DNA from: a bacterium
GTDB lineage: Bacteria; UBA6262; WVXT01
Assembly: GCA_046759165.1 (NCBI GenBank)
Contig: JBHIBS010000021.1
Location: forward strand, 1-28,014
Length of the DNA: 28,014 bases
Direction of reading: 5' to 3'
Shown: in pieces, positions 24,431 to 28,014 of the stretch
Numbering within the stretch: position 1 is the first letter of the stretch
Layout: each line of letters starts with the position of its first letter
Position numbers and translations under genes: made by a program
The notes under the pieces: model-generated
Database searches by the model: none
The model's input: the letters and a program-made list of their open reading frames with translations, nothing else
What the model was told of the DNA's origin: nothing

Positions 24431-25550
24431 TATATTTCTTTCCATTTTTTCGTACATAAATCGAAGGAATTTTCATTTCTCCCCGATAAAGAGCAACTAA
24501 AAGGCGGGAAATATTTATCCCAAATTTTTCCCTCAATTCATCTCTAACCCGCTGGTCTGACTTAGGGATTCTTTCTTTTTCTATAATTTCTTTAATAAGT
24601 CCTTTTACAATTTCTTTTCGGCGAGGAAAGAAAAATTTAAGTGGTTTTTCCTCACCGCATGGTAGTTCAACACTCTTATATCGGATAATCCGACAGACAT
24701 AGCTCGGTTGCAAACCCATATTGATGGCTAAGTACTTCTGTGTAAGCGGTTTTAAATCGAAGGGATTTTCTGAGTCCAGATAGGTACGTTGATACTTTAT
24801 AATACCCTCTAATATATGATGGAGTACTTTTTTACGGTTATTGATCAGTCCTAAATTCCAAAGTAATGTACCAAGCTCTTCTTTTTCTCTCTCGGTAAAG
24901 AAACCTTGCTTTTTCAATTCCTCAATTTTCCCATAATCGATTACATATCTTCCTCGATATAAGTTAAAAATAGAATAACCAATTGTATATCCTCCTTTAC
25001 CATCTTTCTCGATAGAAGCGATCTTTGTGTAATATATCTCATTAACTCTGTCATATACGGGGTGCTGATGAAATTCAGTTTGAATAAATATCTCATCAAT
25101 TAAATCCCTTATCTTTTTTATCTCTTCTACCGATAAACTACATTCAGCTACTATTTCTGAATCAAGGACAGGAATTTCACTTAAAAAATATTTTTTAAAT
25201 TTATCAATCCCTAAGTTTCTAATCGTCTGGACGGCATCTTCTTTAGCACTTAAAAGGGATTGTATATCTAAAGAACTTTTGTCTGCGAAAATATCTTCTC
25301 TAAGTTCATAAAAACTCGAAGATAGACTTGACCAAGGCAATCTTTGATATTTGATAACCCTGTCCTTTTTAAAATTATTTGTATTTGTAGATATCAATTC
25401 CTTGAATAACGATGAGTTCTCGGTCTCCTTGATAAAATTTCTAAATTTCTTTTCCGATAGAGTCATAAAACTGGCCAGTTTCATCCCTCCGATTAATCTA
25501 ATGACCTGTTTCGGCTTTTGTTCTAATACCGGTCCCTTTTCCCAAAGCAT
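24423..25550 (-). CDS. Divergent sigma-54 (RpoN)-like protein
   Basis: Region-I-like N-terminus; C-terminal LKPLTQKYLA...PSYVCR...PLKFFF...SDQ...ISRLLVALYR...IPS parallels the RpoN DNA-binding domain and RpoN box. Confidence 0.78.
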   Translation of the reverse strand: MLWEKGPVLEQKPKQVIRLIGGMKLASFMTLSEKKFRNFIKETENSSLFKELISTNTNNFKKDRVIKYQRLPWSSLSSSFYELREDIFADKSSLDIQSLLSAKEDAVQTIRNLGIDKFKKYFLSEIPVLDSEIVAECSLSVEEIKKIRDLIDEIFIQTEFHQHPVYDRVNEIYYTKIASIEKDGKGGYTIGYSIFNLYRGRYVIDYGKIEELKKQGFFTEREKEELGTLLWNLGLINNRKKVLHHILEGIIKYQRTYLDSENPFDLKPLTQKYLAINMGLQPSYVCRIIRYKSVELPCGEEKPLKFFFPRRKEIVKGLIKEIIEKERIPKSDQRVRDELREKFGINISRLLVALYRGEMKIPSIYVRKNGKKYND

Positions 25551-25610
25551 AGCAAATACTTCCTCACTTCAAAAAAAGTAATAATGTCTGCCATTTGTAA
25601 CACTATATAA

Positions 25611-25639
25611 ATTATAAGCATTATTAAACATCTAGTCAA
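25611..25639 (-). promoter_or_regulatory. Sigma-70 promoter for the rpoN-like / sensor operon
   Basis: TTGACT-17 bp-TATAAT on the minus strand, about 60 bp upstream of the ATG at 25550. Confidence 0.75.
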
Positions 25640-25730
25640 GTGCAAAATTGGTCTAACCGTAGTAAGAGAGAAGGTTTCCTTTTCGTAACATAAACATCCA
25701 ATTTTCCTTTTCAATGAGACTAGATAACAT

Positions 25731-26458
25731 AAATTCGATATTGTGGGTGTCTGTAAAGTAGATAGGTTAAATCGCATCCTCAAAGATTTCATAAAAATGT
25801 CAATTTCAAAGAGAAAAGACTATTTTTAAACAAAAAAGAAGCAAAACAACCAAGAAAAATTTTTCAGACTTACTTAAAAACTGAATCCTTGAGGCCTACC
25901 ACTAAAATAATCAATACTAAGGGGTTTAGCACTAAAGAATGGTTTTCTCGGGATGGCAACAAAAGAGGCGGGAAGAAATTTGACTGTAATAATTTATCAA
26001 AAACGCTTAATAATGTACTTTACATTGGTAAAATCAAGCATAAAAGAAATCTATATGAAGGTAATCAGCCAGCTGTTGTTGACGAAAAAACATCTGAGCA
26101 AGTTCAGAAAATATTAAAAAATAACTTTCGTATGAAAACATCTATTAATCAAGATAAATCTCATTTTTATTTAAAAGAGCTTATCCGTTGTCCTTATTGT
26201 GCTTCTACAATGACACCAAATTTCTGTTATTCAAAGGAGAAAAAATATTTTTACTATAGATGTACAAAGCTTCAGCGCATAAGTAAAGATCAATGTAAAT
26301 ATGGAAGCGTCCCTGCAAGGGCGATAGAATGGGTAGCTGTTGATAGATTGAAATTTTTATTTGAGAATGATACTACTGTCAACAAAATCAGGCTCTATCG
26401 CAGTTGTAGAATCAACATGTTTTGTTTAAGAAGGACAAAGATTAACAACGTTCTGTAA
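25731..26458 (+). pseudogene. Decayed large serine recombinase
   Basis: KFDIVGVCKVDRLNR (resolvase DRLxR motif) from 25731; then LNKKEAKQPRKIFQTYL...LNNVLYIG...QPAVVD (recombinase domain) and LIRCPYC...YYRC (zinc ribbon). Internally deleted, with no intact start and a truncated C-terminus. Confidence 0.8.
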
Positions 26459-26475
26459 TTAAAGAGTGGCTGTCC

Positions 26476-27561
26476 CTATTTTCCCAGGTTGGATTCTGCT
26501 TCTTCTACCAGTTCTTTTATGAGCTCTTTCACTGATACTATCCTGTCTACTCTGTATGCATTAAAGCCGACAAATACGAAGCCATCTTTTAAACGCCCTT
26601 CAGAAGCATTAAGCAATGCTTCAGCAATACAGTAAGGAGCTTTGCTTGGGATGCATGTCTTTAAACATTGGTAGGAGCAATCGAATTTAATCTCGCCCCT
26701 CTCTGATTTATCGAGAAATCCATTCCGTATTGCTCTGCCGGGCATTCCAACAGGGCTGTGAATGATAATGATATCTTCTTTTTTTGCATTTATATATGCC
26801 TGTCTAAATTCCTCTGCTGCATCACATTCATAAGTACATGCAAACCGTGTACCCATTTGTACTCCAGAAGCACCTAATTTCAACATACGGGCAATATCCT
26901 TGCCGTCATATATTCCACCAGCAGCGATAATAGGTATTTTTCTTTTTTGTCCATTTCCATATTTTTCTGCAACCCTAATGACTTCAACGAGTATGTCTTC
27001 CAGTTTTGACATTGTAGTTTCATTTTCTAATTCTTTGAAACTGAATCCAAGATGACCACCAGCCAGAGGACCTTCGACAACAATTCCATCGGGAACATAG
27101 TTATATTTTTTTATCCAGTTTTTACAGATAATTTCTGCTGCCCGTGATGAAGATACTATTGGACAGATTTTGGCTTTTGTGCCTTTAACAAGTTTTGGTA
27201 AATTCATCGGTAACCCTGCTCCTGAAAAAATTATATTTATACCCTCCTTTGCTGCTGTTCTTACCAGTGCAGGATAGTTGGTTTGAGCAACCATTATATT
27301 TGCCGCAAGTATCCCTGTCGTAAGCATTTTTGCTTTTCTTATCTGGACAATTAGTTCTCTTACATCCGCCTTTTCGTATTCACTCATATAGAAATGACTT
27401 TTTATACCGCCTATGAGTGCGGCTGAGATGGTGCCGACAGATCCTTCGTTAGCAACTGCAGAAGCTAATTTTGCTAATGAGATTCTCACACCCATTCCAC
27501 CTTGTATAATCGGAGGGTTTATCTTTGAGTCTCCAATGATTAAATCGGGTAATTTTCCCAT
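26476..27561 (-). CDS. Nitronate monooxygenase / FabK-like FMN enzyme
   Basis: PIIQGGMGV, SGAGLP, PIVSS, VEGPLAGGHLG, IAAGGI, GVQMGTRF, SPVGMPGRA. Confidence 0.92.
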   Translation of the reverse strand: MGKLPDLIIGDSKINPPIIQGGMGVRISLAKLASAVANEGSVGTISAALIGGIKSHFYMSEYEKADVRELIVQIRKAKMLTTGILAANIMVAQTNYPALVRTAAKEGINIIFSGAGLPMNLPKLVKGTKAKICPIVSSSRAAEIICKNWIKKYNYVPDGIVVEGPLAGGHLGFSFKELENETTMSKLEDILVEVIRVAEKYGNGQKRKIPIIAAGGIYDGKDIARMLKLGASGVQMGTRFACTYECDAAEEFRQAYINAKKEDIIIIHSPVGMPGRAIRNGFLDKSERGEIKFDCSYQCLKTCIPSKAPYCIAEALLNASEGRLKDGFVFVGFNAYRVDRIVSVKELIKELVEEAESNLGK

Positions 27562-27604
27562 AACAGTATCCTGCTTATCTCTATGCTGTTTACATAAAAA
27601 TTTA

Positions 27605-27613
27605 ATTATATCA
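27605..27613 (-). promoter_or_regulatory. Extended -10 promoter element
   Basis: TG-A-TATAAT on the minus strand, about 44 bp upstream of the ATG at 27561. Confidence 0.55.
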
Positions 27614-27905
27614 CAAATCTAAAGATAATAGAAGGGAAGATTTAGATTTTAGATATAGCACTGACAGAGGTGAACGTTTAGGACCTGGATTCACAATCGC
27701 ATAATTAACTCGGTTTGAAAGAAATCTTTCTGCAAAAATCAGATGAAACCTGCACAAAGAGCTGGAATTCTAAATTTGTATCTTTGTTACGATTTCCCGC
27801 AGAAAGAATTTATGCTGTTTTGGCACAATCGAAAAAATTGTGAAAGGGAAAAATTACCAAAAATTTACTTCCAAATTATCTTCAAAAACCGCCCTCATTC
27901 AAGGA

Positions 27906-27981
27906 TGGTGGAGCAGAGGGGATTCGAACCCCTGACCTCATCCGTGCGAGGGATGCGTTCTCCCAACTGAACTACTGCCCC
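27906..27981 (-). tRNA. tRNA-Ala (anticodon CGC)
   Basis: GGGGCAG/CTGCTCC acceptor stem with G3:U70, CATCC-CT-CGC-AC-GGATG anticodon arm, GTTCGAA T-loop, encoded CCA; 76 nt. Confidence 0.97.
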
Positions 27982-28014
27982 GTCGGCTTTCGCTCCGCGA
28001 AATCCTCGCAAGTG

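Noticed and set aside
23498-24457. Phosphonate ABC transporter operon
   Set aside because: No permease or ATPase genes; the binding protein adjoins a kinase.
163-25581. Numerous plus-strand and nested short ORFs in the track
   Set aside because: They are antisense or off-frame shadows of well-supported minus-strand genes and show no family motifs.
25523-25792. 89-aa minus-strand ORF
   Set aside because: It overlaps a clear sigma-70 promoter and the antisense of recombinase remnants; no motifs.
27743-27970. 75-aa ORF as an intact gene
   Set aside because: Its C-terminus (MVEQRGFEPLT) is the antisense of the tRNA; at most a remnant.

Overview
AT-rich bacterial window. Almost all of it is one minus-strand energy-metabolism cluster (~1-20.4 kb). 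In transcription order it reads: rex, hdrC, hdrB, hdrA, an HdrA-N-terminus/NuoE(HydC) fusion, a 2Fe-2S ferredoxin, NuoF/HydB, a DRTGG / CBS-kinase / DRTGG / PHP / HATPase cassette, a NuoG(HydA)-N-terminus/HdrA fusion, dsrE, tusA, an unknown protein, ferredoxin, mvhD, an FdhB-like gene, a second hdrC, an FrhB-like gene, an unknown protein, and a further hdrA running off the left edge. Upstream lie a divergent sigma-54-like gene, a PhnD-type lipoprotein, a histidine kinase and an NtrC-type regulator. These are followed by a decayed serine recombinase, a nitronate-monooxygenase/FabK-family gene and tRNA-Ala(CGC). Main observation: one hdrA appears split inside its ferredoxin domain by a ~6.4 kb HydC-HydB-HydA(N-term) cassette whose end genes are fused to the two HdrA halves, and no hydrogenase or formate dehydrogenase catalytic subunit is visible in the window. 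Also seen: a 109-bp MITE-like insertion with a 4-bp duplication exactly at the hdrC/hdrB ATGA overlap, a family of GGAGT-capped hairpins, in-frame 7-bp repeat tracts inside genes, a Rex box and candidate activator sites. All product calls come from motif recognition by eye; no searches were run.
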